The translations under genes were made by a program, and so were the position numbers. This document shows positions 1 through 7,791 of a stretch of DNA of 32,000 nucleotides, piece by piece. Position 1 is the stretch's first letter. The number at the start of each line of letters is the position of its first letter. Below the pieces are notes generated by a model. The model saw only the letters and a program-made list of their open reading frames with translations. It was not told the DNA's origin and did not search any database. This DNA is from Candidatus Nitrospira inopinata (GTDB lineage Bacteria > Nitrospirota > Nitrospiria > Nitrospirales > Nitrospiraceae), in NCBI RefSeq assembly GCF_001458695.1, contig NZ_LN885086.1:1080001-1112000 (forward strand), read 5' to 3'.

Positions 1-1
1 G

Positions 2-457
2 GGATTGTTCGCGGCCGAACCTGTTCACAAAGGGCTCAGAAAGGCGAGGGTCCTGGATCTGGCCATGGAGAGTTTTGATGAGGATCGGCCTCCGTACCGA
101 GAAGCCGCCCAGTCGTTGATGTTGCTCGACAGTCGGCGGATGATTCGCGTGCGTCGGTCAGGGAAAGAGGCCTATCAAACCATTGTGGCCGAAACGGAAG
201 CGGGGCACATCGTCATCATGAAAAGTCGGGAGGTCACCAGCCTCTACGATCTCGCGCAATGTCTGCGCGACGCCACGCCGTGGGTTCGCCAAGCCATGGC
301 GATGGACGGGGGGTCGTCGTCGGATGTGTTGGTCGTGGAGTCGCTCTGGCGGGACGATCGCAGAACCGCCGGTCGCGTTTCGTGGAGGGCGTTGTTCGGC
401 GGCAAGACGAGCGCCCATATCTCCTTGCCGACCGTGATCGGAGTCAGCCCGCGATGA
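2..457 (+). CDS. Phosphodiester glycosidase family protein (DUF2233/NAGPA-like), C-terminal fragment; the 5' end lies outside the window
   Basis: The reading frame is open to the window edge (frame of ORF 5..457). The C-terminal region contains AMAMDGGSSSD, typical of this family. Stop TGA at 455-457. Confidence 0.55.
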   Translation, partial: GLFAAEPVHKGLRKARVLDLAMESFDEDRPPYREAAQSLMLLDSRRMIRVRRSGKEAYQTIVAETEAGHIVIMKSREVTSLYDLAQCLRDATPWVRQAMAMDGGSSSDVLVVESLWRDDRRTAGRVSWRALFGGKTSAHISLPTVIGVSPR

Positions 458-536
458 TGCGAAAAAAGAGAGGATGGACGAAGAGGCCGGTTACGAGCCT
501 TCAGAGCTCGTGCGACGGTGAACGGCGGAACGGAGC

Positions 537-962
537 CTATCGTTTGGGACGCTCGACAGGGAAACCGGACTCGACCCAGGCGTTCATGCTGCCTTCGACG
601 TTATACACGTGACGATAGCCCAAGTCGGCGAGCGTTTCCGCGGCGATGTTGCTTCGTCGCCCTGACTGGCAGTACACCACCACATGATCGTCGAGTTGAG
701 CCCCGATTTCACGATGACGAGCCTTGATCTCGCGAAAGTCGATATTCAGATCGGTGCCCGGGATCATTCCCGCCCGATGTTCCTCGGGCGTCCGGACGTC
801 CACCAGGATAAACCCCTTCTCTTCTTTGGAAAGCCCCTTGGAGAGGGAGGAATGGAGCTGTTGGACGGTGAGGAGATAGGAATGATATCCATACGCGAAG
901 TCGCCGATCACAAATACGACCGCCAGCACACAGCCCAGCAGGTTCACAACAGCACGTTTCAT
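537..962 (-). CDS. Rhodanese-domain sulfurtransferase with N-terminal membrane anchor or signal sequence
   Basis: Rhodanese fold pattern ILVDVRTPEEH...VVVYCQSGRRS, with the active-site Cys loop CQSGRRS. I chose the internal ATG at 962 (MKRAVVNLLGCVLAVV...) because GGAAGGAG lies 8 nt upstream. Confidence 0.85.
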   Translation of the reverse strand: MKRAVVNLLGCVLAVVFVIGDFAYGYHSYLLTVQQLHSSLSKGLSKEEKGFILVDVRTPEEHRAGMIPGTDLNIDFREIKARHREIGAQLDDHVVVYCQSGRRSNIAAETLADLGYRHVYNVEGSMNAWVESGFPVERPKR

Positions 963-983
963 GCTCGTGACTCCTTCCGTGTC

Positions 984-1349
984 ATGTTCAAAACAGTCCG
1001 ATCTTGGTTTCATCATAAAAGCGGGGCGAAAGTCCGGTCAAGAGTCGGATCGACGGCCATGCTCGCCCTCTTGGCCCTCCTCGTTGGCTGTGCCGACGGC
1101 GTGAAACTCGTGCAGGAACAGGAGAACGGCGGGGTGGTCGTCTATCCCTTCAAAGAAGGACAAGGGCCGTTGCTTTCTTCATTTCGGACCGAGGCGCTCG
1201 CCGTCATCCGTCGAAAGTGCGGGGAACGATCCTACGACATCCTCCGCGAGGGAGAGGCCAAGGGGCGAGCCCGCGTCGTCAGCCCCATCGAAGGCCAGGA
1301 AGAAGTGATCCACGAACGGCGGTGGGGCATTCAGTTTCAATGCAGGTAG
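984..1349 (+). CDS. Hypothetical lipoprotein
   Basis: Only the 3' part of ORF 684..1349 avoids the rhodanese gene. It has a signal peptide with lipobox LLVG|C (..MLALLALLVGCADG). The start is either ATG 984 (basic n-region) or ATG 1059. I recognise no family. Confidence 0.5.
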   Translation: MFKTVRSWFHHKSGAKVRSRVGSTAMLALLALLVGCADGVKLVQEQENGGVVVYPFKEGQGPLLSSFRTEALAVIRRKCGERSYDILREGEAKGRARVVSPIEGQEEVIHERRWGIQFQCR

Positions 1350-1365
1350 GGAGGGTTCCCCGCCC

Positions 1366-1953
1366 CTAACGCGCCGACGGAGGGCCTGGTCGATCCGTCA
1401 AGTCGCGGACGTTCAACAAACTGAGCAGCGTCAATCCCTCCTGTTCGACGTTGCGTTTCCCTTCCTGTTCGTTCCGATCCACAATCACCAGCGCGTGCGT
1501 GACGGTCAGGCCCGCGTCCCTCGCCGCGGCGACGGCCTTCAACAATGATCCGCCGCTGGTTAGCACGTCATCGACGATGACCGCGCGGTCTCCGGGGCGA
1601 ACGGCCCCTTCGATCAACTTCCCCAGACCATGGTCTTTGGCCTGTTTCCGCACAACGAACGTCCGCCACTCTCTCGGAGAGTGGGCGGACAACGCATAGT
1701 CCGAAATGGAGGTGGCGATAGCGATCGCCCCGATCTCGAGACCACCCAGACAATCGAATTCGACGGACTTCAGGATGTCGTAACTCATCTGAGCCACCAA
1801 TCGCCGAGCATGGGGATGGGCCATGAGAGAACGGCAATCGATGTAAAAGGGACTCGTCAGTCCCGAGGCGAGTCTGAAACCTTTGTCGGGGTCCCATTTG
1901 AACGAGTAGGTGTCGTGGAAGGCGCGGACCAATTGGTCACGAATCGTTGTCAT
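1366..1953 (-). CDS. pyrE: Orotate phosphoribosyltransferase
   Basis: FRLASGLTSPFYIDCR near the N-terminus and PRPP-binding loop VIVDDVLTSGGS. The ATG at 1953 (MTTIRDQL) has GAGG 9 nt upstream. Confidence 0.9.
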   Translation of the reverse strand: MTTIRDQLVRAFHDTYSFKWDPDKGFRLASGLTSPFYIDCRSLMAHPHARRLVAQMSYDILKSVEFDCLGGLEIGAIAIATSISDYALSAHSPREWRTFVVRKQAKDHGLGKLIEGAVRPGDRAVIVDDVLTSGGSLLKAVAAARDAGLTVTHALVIVDRNEQEGKRNVEQEGLTLLSLLNVRDLTDRPGPPSAR

Positions 1954-2026
1954 GGATTGTGCCTCATATGAGCCGACGAGCGGCGCATTGTACACCGAAC
2001 GGGGTCCGGAAGGCGGGAAAATGCTC

Positions 2027-2560
2027 TCATGCGTTCTGTTGTTGGGAAAAGACGCTGAACCGCCGAATCTGCTCGGTCAGCGTCGAGGCCACCAGGTCCA
2101 AATCGAAGGGCCAGGCGTACCGAATCGTGACGTGGGGATAAAGGGGACGAAGCTGGGCCAGGATCTCCGGGATCTCGATCTCGGAGTGGGATCCGCCGGG
2201 CGTGAACATGGTCGTCGTCACGATGACGTCGGTGGCGCCTCGGTCGATCAAGGCGCGGACCGATTCTTCGAGCGTCGGCGCGCAGAATTCATTGAAGGCG
2301 ATGCCGAACAACGCGCCGTTCAGTCGGGATTGCAGGCGGGCGGCCACCGCTTGAAGCCCGAAGAGATAGGGATCGGTCTCCGCCGTCCTCGGCCAACGCC
2401 GGATCGTCGTATCCAGCTCGATTTCTTCCCGCGACGGCGGTTGGTGGGCGGCCCGACGCTGGGCTTCCAACCGTTTCAGTCTCGTCACCAGATCTTGCGG
2501 ACAGTCTTTGGGAATCCCTCCGTGTCCGACCAACACCACTCCTTGCATGCCCGTTCTCAT
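2027..2560 (-). CDS. CbiX/SirB-type sirohydrochlorin chelatase-like protein
   Basis: VVLVGHGG near the N-terminus and TPGGSHSEIEIP later match the CbiX chelatase pattern (catalytic His positions). AGGAGG lies 5 nt before the ATG. The gene starts 15 bp after the upstream ybgA-like stop, on the same strand. Confidence 0.65.
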   Translation of the reverse strand: MRTGMQGVVLVGHGGIPKDCPQDLVTRLKRLEAQRRAAHQPPSREEIELDTTIRRWPRTAETDPYLFGLQAVAARLQSRLNGALFGIAFNEFCAPTLEESVRALIDRGATDVIVTTTMFTPGGSHSEIEIPEILAQLRPLYPHVTIRYAWPFDLDLVASTLTEQIRRFSVFSQQQNA

Positions 2561-2575
2561 GGTTCCTCCTAACGG

Positions 2576-3538
2576 CTAGACGTGGTTGCGCAGCATCAGT
2601 TCCTTGGGATGGGGGTTGAGATAAATCTGGTCGCGCACGTACTCGACGTCGAAGATCTGCACGTAGTGCTTGATCAACGTCAGGGGCACGATCAACGGCG
2701 TGAGACCGAGTCGATAGTCGCCGATGACGCTCAACAATTCCGATTTCTCCGCGGCGCGGAGTCGGTCCTTGAAGTGCCCCGCGATATGGTGCAGTACGTT
2801 CACGTGTTTGCGGACCGTGGCTTTGACGGCGAGGGCCTTCATGAAGAGCGATCCATATTTCACGGCCAGTTCTTTCGGCCCGTATCGATGGGCTTGGGCG
2901 ACCAGCCGGCCGAGCTTCTCATAGTCCTGCGGGCTGTGGGCGAGCAGGAGATATTTGTGAATGGTATGGAACCGCACCATCGCCTGCCGCGTGACGCCGG
3001 CGCGGATCAATTGCCGGAAACGTTGATAACAGAACACTTGCTCGATGAAGTTCTCCCTGATGGCGGGATCGCAGAGGCGTCCTTCCTCTTCCACGGGAAT
3101 CAGCGGAAACTTCGTCATAAACGCCTGGGCGAAGAGCCCCACGCCGTTTCGGCTGGGCATGCCGTGTTCGTTGAAGATGCGAACCCGCTCGATCCCGCAA
3201 CTGGGCGAATTCTTCTTAAAGACGTAACCGCACAGATCCAGGCTCGCCAGTTCTTCCATCCGTTTGGCGGTCGCCGCCATCAACGCCCTTGTGTGGTCGA
3301 TCCCGCTCGTGATGGTCACGAGACGAACCTGCTGGGTTTGATGCGATCGTCCGACCAGCCGCATCGCTTCACGGGGAGTGCCCAAACCCGCCTCCACCTC
3401 CGGGCAGACCGGCACCCACTCGACGTAGGGACCCAGGACTTCCGTCAAGAAAGGATCTTTTTTGTGCCCTCCGTCGTAACGAACGGGGTCCCCGAGCAGA
3501 CACCGGCTGATTCCCAGACGAAGCGGAAGGGCCGTCAT
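2576..3538 (-). CDS. ybgA: DUF523 (TudS-like Fe-S) plus DUF1722 fusion protein, YbgA family
   Basis: The N-terminus GISRCLLGDPVRYDGGHK...VPVCPEVEAGLGTPRE...SPSCG is the DUF523 Cys pattern. The C-terminal half (HKYLLLAHSPQDY...) is DUF1722-like. The ATG at 3538 overlaps the photolyase stop (ATGA). Confidence 0.85.
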   Translation of the reverse strand: MTALPLRLGISRCLLGDPVRYDGGHKKDPFLTEVLGPYVEWVPVCPEVEAGLGTPREAMRLVGRSHQTQQVRLVTITSGIDHTRALMAATAKRMEELASLDLCGYVFKKNSPSCGIERVRIFNEHGMPSRNGVGLFAQAFMTKFPLIPVEEEGRLCDPAIRENFIEQVFCYQRFRQLIRAGVTRQAMVRFHTIHKYLLLAHSPQDYEKLGRLVAQAHRYGPKELAVKYGSLFMKALAVKATVRKHVNVLHHIAGHFKDRLRAAEKSELLSVIGDYRLGLTPLIVPLTLIKHYVQIFDVEYVRDQIYLNPHPKELMLRNHV

Positions 3539-4983
3539 GTGACCTTCTCCCGTCTGCCGAGAGCAAGATACTCTTCGCGCGCCAGACGATGATCCACGAT
3601 CGGCGCGGGATAATCGATTCCGATCCGGCATCGGGCGTCCTCCTGTTCGCCGAGGGTCATCAGGTGGGGTTCGTGAATCTTGGCCGTCGGCGTCGAGGCC
3701 AGTTCCGGCACATAGCGCCGGATGTAAAGCCCTTCCGGATCGAATTTCTTGCTCTGCAACGTCGGGTTGAAAATGCGATAGCCCCTCATGGCGTCCGTTC
3801 CCGTCGAGGCGCACCATTGCCAATTGCCGTTGTTCGCGGCCACGTCGGCGTCGAGCAGGTGCGCCATGAAATACCGCTCGCCGCTCTGCCAGTCAATGCG
3901 TAGGTCTTTGATCAAAAACGAGGCCACGATCATGCGAACGCGGTTGTGCATCCAACCGGTTTGCGTCAATTGCCTCATGCCGGCATCCACGATCGGATAG
4001 CCGGTCTTTCCCTCGCACCAGGCCTGAAACAACCGGTCTCGTTCCGGCCCCGGCTGCCGTGTCGGCGGGACGGCGGCGTGACGGAACGGGCCGGAGACCA
4101 CATGGGGGAACTCGGCCAGCACTTGCTGAAAGAACTCCCGCCAGATCAGCTCATCGATCCAGATGAGTACGTCGGGACGGGAAACCTCTCCCCGACCTTT
4201 GGCCATCGTCTTGAGCGCCGCTTGAACGGCGGCGCGGGAGGAGATCGTACCGAAACGAAAGTGGGGGGAAAGTCGGGAGCTTCCGTCGATTCCAGGAACG
4301 TTACGGCCGGCGCCGTAGCGATGCAGAGGGCCGTTGCAGAACCGACGCAGCCGTTCCCAGGCCCTGCGTTCGCCCGGTGCGATCCAAGGGGAGAGAGACG
4401 CATAGCCCAACTCTTCCGCGGATGGCAGCGGGCCGGACGGCGGAACCGCCGCCCGCTTCGAGGCGGTCAGAGAAGTCGGAACGGAAAGCGCCGTCGGCTT
4501 GGCGGCGCGCCAGTGGGCCCACCAACGTGCCCGATAGGCGCTGTATCGTTGCAGCGGTTCTCCGGTCGAGCTCCTGATTTCGTGGGCCTCGAACACGACG
4601 TGATCTTTGAACGTTCGAACGAGCACGCCCATCCGCTCCAGTTGCCGCCGGACCTGCTGGTCGCGAACCTGCGCCCGCGGCTCGTAATCGCGATTCCAAT
4701 AGACGACGTCGGCCTTCCAGTCGCGCGCGGCCCGCGCCACCTCCTCCACCGGTTCGCCGCGCCGCCACTCGAACGCGAGACCTCGATCAGCCAGCGAGGC
4801 GGCCAACTCGCTCAGCGACCCGAGCATGAAGTTCACGCAGGCCGCTCCGAACTCGCGCGACCGAAGCAGCGGATCATCAAACACGAAGAAAGGGATCACT
4901 TCGTCGCATTCCGCGCAGGCCGCGCTCAGGGCCGGCTGATCGGCCAAGCGAAGGTCCCTTCGAAACCAAACGATACCACGCAT
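3535..4983 (-). CDS. phrB: Deoxyribodipyrimidine photolyase (class I CPD photolyase/cryptochrome family)
   Basis: MRGIVWFRRDLRLADQPAL N-terminus; FAD-binding C-terminal motifs WREFF, TGYPIVDAGMRQL..GWMHNRVRMIVASFL, and NNGNWQW. Confidence 0.93.
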   Translation of the reverse strand: MRGIVWFRRDLRLADQPALSAACAECDEVIPFFVFDDPLLRSREFGAACVNFMLGSLSELAASLADRGLAFEWRRGEPVEEVARAARDWKADVVYWNRDYEPRAQVRDQQVRRQLERMGVLVRTFKDHVVFEAHEIRSSTGEPLQRYSAYRARWWAHWRAAKPTALSVPTSLTASKRAAVPPSGPLPSAEELGYASLSPWIAPGERRAWERLRRFCNGPLHRYGAGRNVPGIDGSSRLSPHFRFGTISSRAAVQAALKTMAKGRGEVSRPDVLIWIDELIWREFFQQVLAEFPHVVSGPFRHAAVPPTRQPGPERDRLFQAWCEGKTGYPIVDAGMRQLTQTGWMHNRVRMIVASFLIKDLRIDWQSGERYFMAHLLDADVAANNGNWQWCASTGTDAMRGYRIFNPTLQSKKFDPEGLYIRRYVPELASTPTAKIHEPHLMTLGEQEDARCRIGIDYPAPIVDHRLAREEYLALGRREKVT

Positions 4984-5134
4984 GTGTCGCCTCAGAGTCG
5001 TGACTGGCGAGGGTTGGTCGCTCCGTCAGGAGCCACGGTCGTGTGTCGGTGCCAGCGGCTCCCGCGTCCTTGCCAACCAGGCCGTCGGCCAAGGAGATCG
5101 GACGGGAGGAGGGTGAACGTTCTCGCCGGCGCGC

Positions 5135-6049
5135 TCATTCCCTTGAGAAAATCGCTCGCAGGGCCGGCTCCAACGAGGGATAGCGAAACACGTAGCCCCC
5201 GGCGAGCGCCTTGGCCGGACGAACACGCTGCCCGGTCGTTAAAAGCGATCCCAACTCTCCCAACACGAGATGCAATGCCGCGCGGGGAACGGGAAGCCAT
5301 GACGGACGGCCGAGGACCCGTCCGAGAACGGCGCAGAATCGCCTCATGGTTTCCGGCTCCGGCGCGACGGCGTTGAGGGGGCCGGAGACGTGGGGCGTCT
5401 CCATCGCCCAGCGGATCAGCCCGATATGATCCTGTCGATGAATCCAGGAGACCCACTGACTTCCCGGCAAGATCGGTCCTCCCATAAAAAGTTTGAACGG
5501 GAGCACCATGCGCGGCAACGCCCCGCCGTCCCGTTCCAGCACCATGCCGGTTCGGAGCAGCACCACGCGCGTTCCGAATTGCCCGGCGAGCGATGCTTCC
5601 GCTTCCCATTGCAGGCAGAGGTCCGCGAGGAAGCCTTTTCCGGAAGGCGAACGTTCATCCAGGATTCGGTCATCGCCGGCTCCATAGTAGCCGATCCCCG
5701 AGGCATTGATGAGGATCGACGGGCGCGATGATTGACGGGAGATGGCCTGGACCAGGAGGCGCGTCGTGAGGATTCGGCTATCGGTGATCCGGCGCTTTCT
5801 CGCCTCCGTCCAGCGCGATTCGGCAATGGGTGCTCCAGCCAGGTTGATGACGGCATCGGCCCCGTCAAAACACCGTTCCCAGGCTCCCTCCCGCATGCCG
5901 TCCCACTCGACCACTGTTGGATTGGCCTGCGCCCCTTGCGGCGTTCCTTTCGTTCTGGCGAGCACGGTCACGCGATGGCCGCCTTGAACCAAGGAGGCGC
6001 ACAAGGCTCGGCCGATGAATCCCGTCCCTCCGGCCACAATGACGTTCAT
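5135..6049 (-). CDS. TIGR01777-family NAD-dependent epimerase/oxidoreductase (YfcH-like, DUF1731 C-terminus)
   Basis: Rossmann motif MNVIVAGGTGFIG; conserved INLAG...W, QWVSWIH, and C-terminal GYVFRYP. I chose the ATG at 6049 so the protein starts just before the GxxGxxG motif. Confidence 0.85.
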   Translation of the reverse strand: MNVIVAGGTGFIGRALCASLVQGGHRVTVLARTKGTPQGAQANPTVVEWDGMREGAWERCFDGADAVINLAGAPIAESRWTEARKRRITDSRILTTRLLVQAISRQSSRPSILINASGIGYYGAGDDRILDERSPSGKGFLADLCLQWEAEASLAGQFGTRVVLLRTGMVLERDGGALPRMVLPFKLFMGGPILPGSQWVSWIHRQDHIGLIRWAMETPHVSGPLNAVAPEPETMRRFCAVLGRVLGRPSWLPVPRAALHLVLGELGSLLTTGQRVRPAKALAGGYVFRYPSLEPALRAIFSRE

Positions 6050-6110
6050 GATGTCCCGTCCGTCAGGCTGATCTTGTTGGTGCTCACGAACCGCCCCCTG
6101 CACGTCTCCG

Positions 6111-6278
6111 TCATACTCCTGAGTCGCCGCCGAGCGCTCTCAAGGAATCCTTCCGAGACTTCTGTCTGCCGGCACGTTGTCGTACTGGAATCAAGCGAGT
6201 CGAATGTTCGATGACCAATCTGCGGATCGCCGCCTCAACCACCACTGCCAGTGCCAGGATCGTTATTGTCACCATCAT
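6111..6278 (-). CDS. Candidate small membrane protein (55 aa), below the ORF-track cutoff
   Basis: Hand translation of the minus strand gives MMVTITILALAVVVEAAIRRLVIEHSTRLIPVRQRAGRQKSRKDSLRALGGDSGV. This is a hydrophobic N-terminal helix followed by a basic tail. GAGGAG lies 3 nt and 6 nt upstream of the tandem ATGs. The ORF is co-directional with the yfcH-like gene and 61 bp upstream of it. Confidence 0.3.
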   Translation of the reverse strand: MMVTITILALAVVVEAAIRRLVIEHSTRLIPVRQRAGRQKSRKDSLRALGGDSGV

Positions 6279-6479
6279 CTTCTCCTCATGTGTCGAGCAA
6301 GGCTGGGATGTCGGAGCAGCTCGGCGTGCCGAGGAGCCGGGTCTCTCGAAATCGAGAGCCCGGCTACCTCAGGGGCCGCGCCGTGCGGAGTAGCGGCACG
6401 ACCCGGGCGACCGGCCCCCGCCTCGCTCACGTTGTCGGTTCAGCGTTATCCCGTTCATGATTGCCGAATCGGAGTCCTT

Positions 6480-7322
6480 CTATTCGGTTGCCGCGTTGAG
6501 ACTGCGGGCGCATCGAAAACCGGTGCCATGCGTTTGAAGCGCAAACCCGCCCCGGCCCCGGGCCGCGGCCCGAATGTCGTTTGCGGGGCTGTGCCAGGAG
6601 CCTCCCCTGATGGACCGCACCACTCCTTTTTTCTCCGGACCCTGGGGGTTCCGATCCGGCGCCTGCGCGTAGTAATCCGCGTCGTACCAATCGGCCACCC
6701 ACTCCCGCGCATTGCCCGCCATATCCTTGACGCCGTAGGGAGAATCTCCTTCGGGCAACGATCCCACGGCGTGCAGGGTCCTCTGGTCGTCCCACTCTCG
6801 GTCAAAGTTTGCCCGCCGGGGAGTCGGCGGGTCATTGCCCCATGGATACAGGCGGCCGTCGGTTCCACGGGCGGCTTTTTCCCACTCGGCTTCCGTGGGC
6901 AATCGTTTTTGAGCCCAGGTGCAATAGGCTTTGGCATCATACCAGGTTGTCTGCACGACGGGCAGTTGCTCAAGGCCTTTGATGGATTGAAGCGGACCGA
7001 TTCCGAAGGGGTCGGGAGGAGGACGGTGGCCGGTCGCCTTGACGAATCGCATGTACCGTTCGTTGGTGACTTCGACTTGATCGATCTCGAATGCGTCGAG
7101 ATAGACGGATCGCTGCGGCCATTCGTCCGGGCGGCCTTGTCCCTCCGGGCTGCCCATGAGGAATTCACCGGCCGGGATGATAATCATGGGAACCGGGTCT
7201 GGTCCGTGCGAGGAAGGGGACGGCGCGCCCGCGGTCGCCCATTGCTCCGCTCCCAACATCGTCGCCGCAATCAACGTGATTTCGATGAGCCGACTCACGG
7301 TATCGTTCAGACCGGTGCTCAC
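6480..7322 (-). CDS. Secreted FGE-sulfatase-domain (SUMF1/EgtB/PvdO family) protein lacking the FGE catalytic Cys pair
   Basis: MIIIPAGEFLMGS...VEVTNERY..F...TGH...V..TWYDAKAYCTWAQKRLPTEAEWEKAARG...YPWG...DMAGNAREWV.DWY...RGGSW...GFRCARS is the FGE-domain pattern. The GTG start overlaps the upstream stop (GTGA) and yields a hydrophobic N-terminal leader. Confidence 0.85.
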   Translation of the reverse strand: MSTGLNDTVSRLIEITLIAATMLGAEQWATAGAPSPSSHGPDPVPMIIIPAGEFLMGSPEGQGRPDEWPQRSVYLDAFEIDQVEVTNERYMRFVKATGHRPPPDPFGIGPLQSIKGLEQLPVVQTTWYDAKAYCTWAQKRLPTEAEWEKAARGTDGRLYPWGNDPPTPRRANFDREWDDQRTLHAVGSLPEGDSPYGVKDMAGNAREWVADWYDADYYAQAPDRNPQGPEKKGVVRSIRGGSWHSPANDIRAAARGRGGFALQTHGTGFRCARSLNAATE

Positions 7323-7699
7323 TTTTTGGGCTCCTTGCTTCCCTCGATGGCGTGGGCGGTGTGGATCCGAACGAGATTCACAAGGTGCTCAACTTCTCGA
7401 TTGTCCCCCTGTTGCGCGGCTTCGAGCGCCTGCGTGATGAGGGTTCTGGCTTCGTGCAGGTGTTCTTCGATCGCGGCCTGGAGCGCGGGCGACGCCATGG
7501 TGCCGCCCAACGCCGCCCGGTGATAGACTTCCCAGGCGTCGTCGACCTCGTGAGCGGCCTGATGCACGGTTCGGAGGACTTCCTGATACGGATGATCCAT
7601 CCCTTCTCCCTCAAGAGGGCCGGCCGTGAGATAAAAAGGCCCCAGACACGAGACGAGCACAATGCCCGGAATCAGCAGTTTCTTTATCAGCGTCTTCAT
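7319..7699 (-). CDS. Small His-rich predicted helical lipoprotein (possibly small metal-binding-protein-like)
   Basis: The ATG at 7699 gives MKTLIKKLLIPGIVLVSC, a signal peptide with lipobox LVS|C. The mature part has about 10 His in HxxxH/HxH arrangements (HQAAH, HLH, HTAH) within predicted amphipathic helices. GGAG lies 9 nt upstream. Confidence 0.6.
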   Translation of the reverse strand: MKTLIKKLLIPGIVLVSCLGPFYLTAGPLEGEGMDHPYQEVLRTVHQAAHEVDDAWEVYHRAALGGTMASPALQAAIEEHLHEARTLITQALEAAQQGDNREVEHLVNLVRIHTAHAIEGSKEPKK

Positions 7700-7791
7700 A
7701 AGCGATGCTCCGTCTGAGCGGTCGATGATGTGGTTCGACGCGCTCGTTCGTTGTGCAAGGCCGTGCGGAACGGATCCCCTGTATGCGCCTA

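Noticed and set aside
684-983. N-terminal 100 codons of ORF 684..1349
   Set aside because: This part is antisense to the rhodanese gene. The plausible lipoprotein starts only after the rhodanese start, at 984 or 1059.
5049-5054. TGGCAC on the minus strand upstream of the photolyase gene, as a possible sigma54 -24 element
   Set aside because: The sequence at the required -12 position is CACG rather than TTGC, so the match is a lone hexamer.
2582-5376. Long plus-strand ORFs (2582..3592 and 3946..5376) opposite ybgA, phrB and the yfcH-like gene
   Set aside because: They are antisense shadows of genes with strong family motifs. Their translations show no domain signatures.
6177-7523. 448-aa plus-strand ORF spanning the 6.1-6.5 kb gap and the FGE-like gene
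   Set aside because: Most of it is antisense to the FGE-like gene and the His-rich gene. The part within the gap is Arg/Ser/Cys-rich with no RBS. The minus-strand 55-aa ORF with a strong SD explains that gap better.
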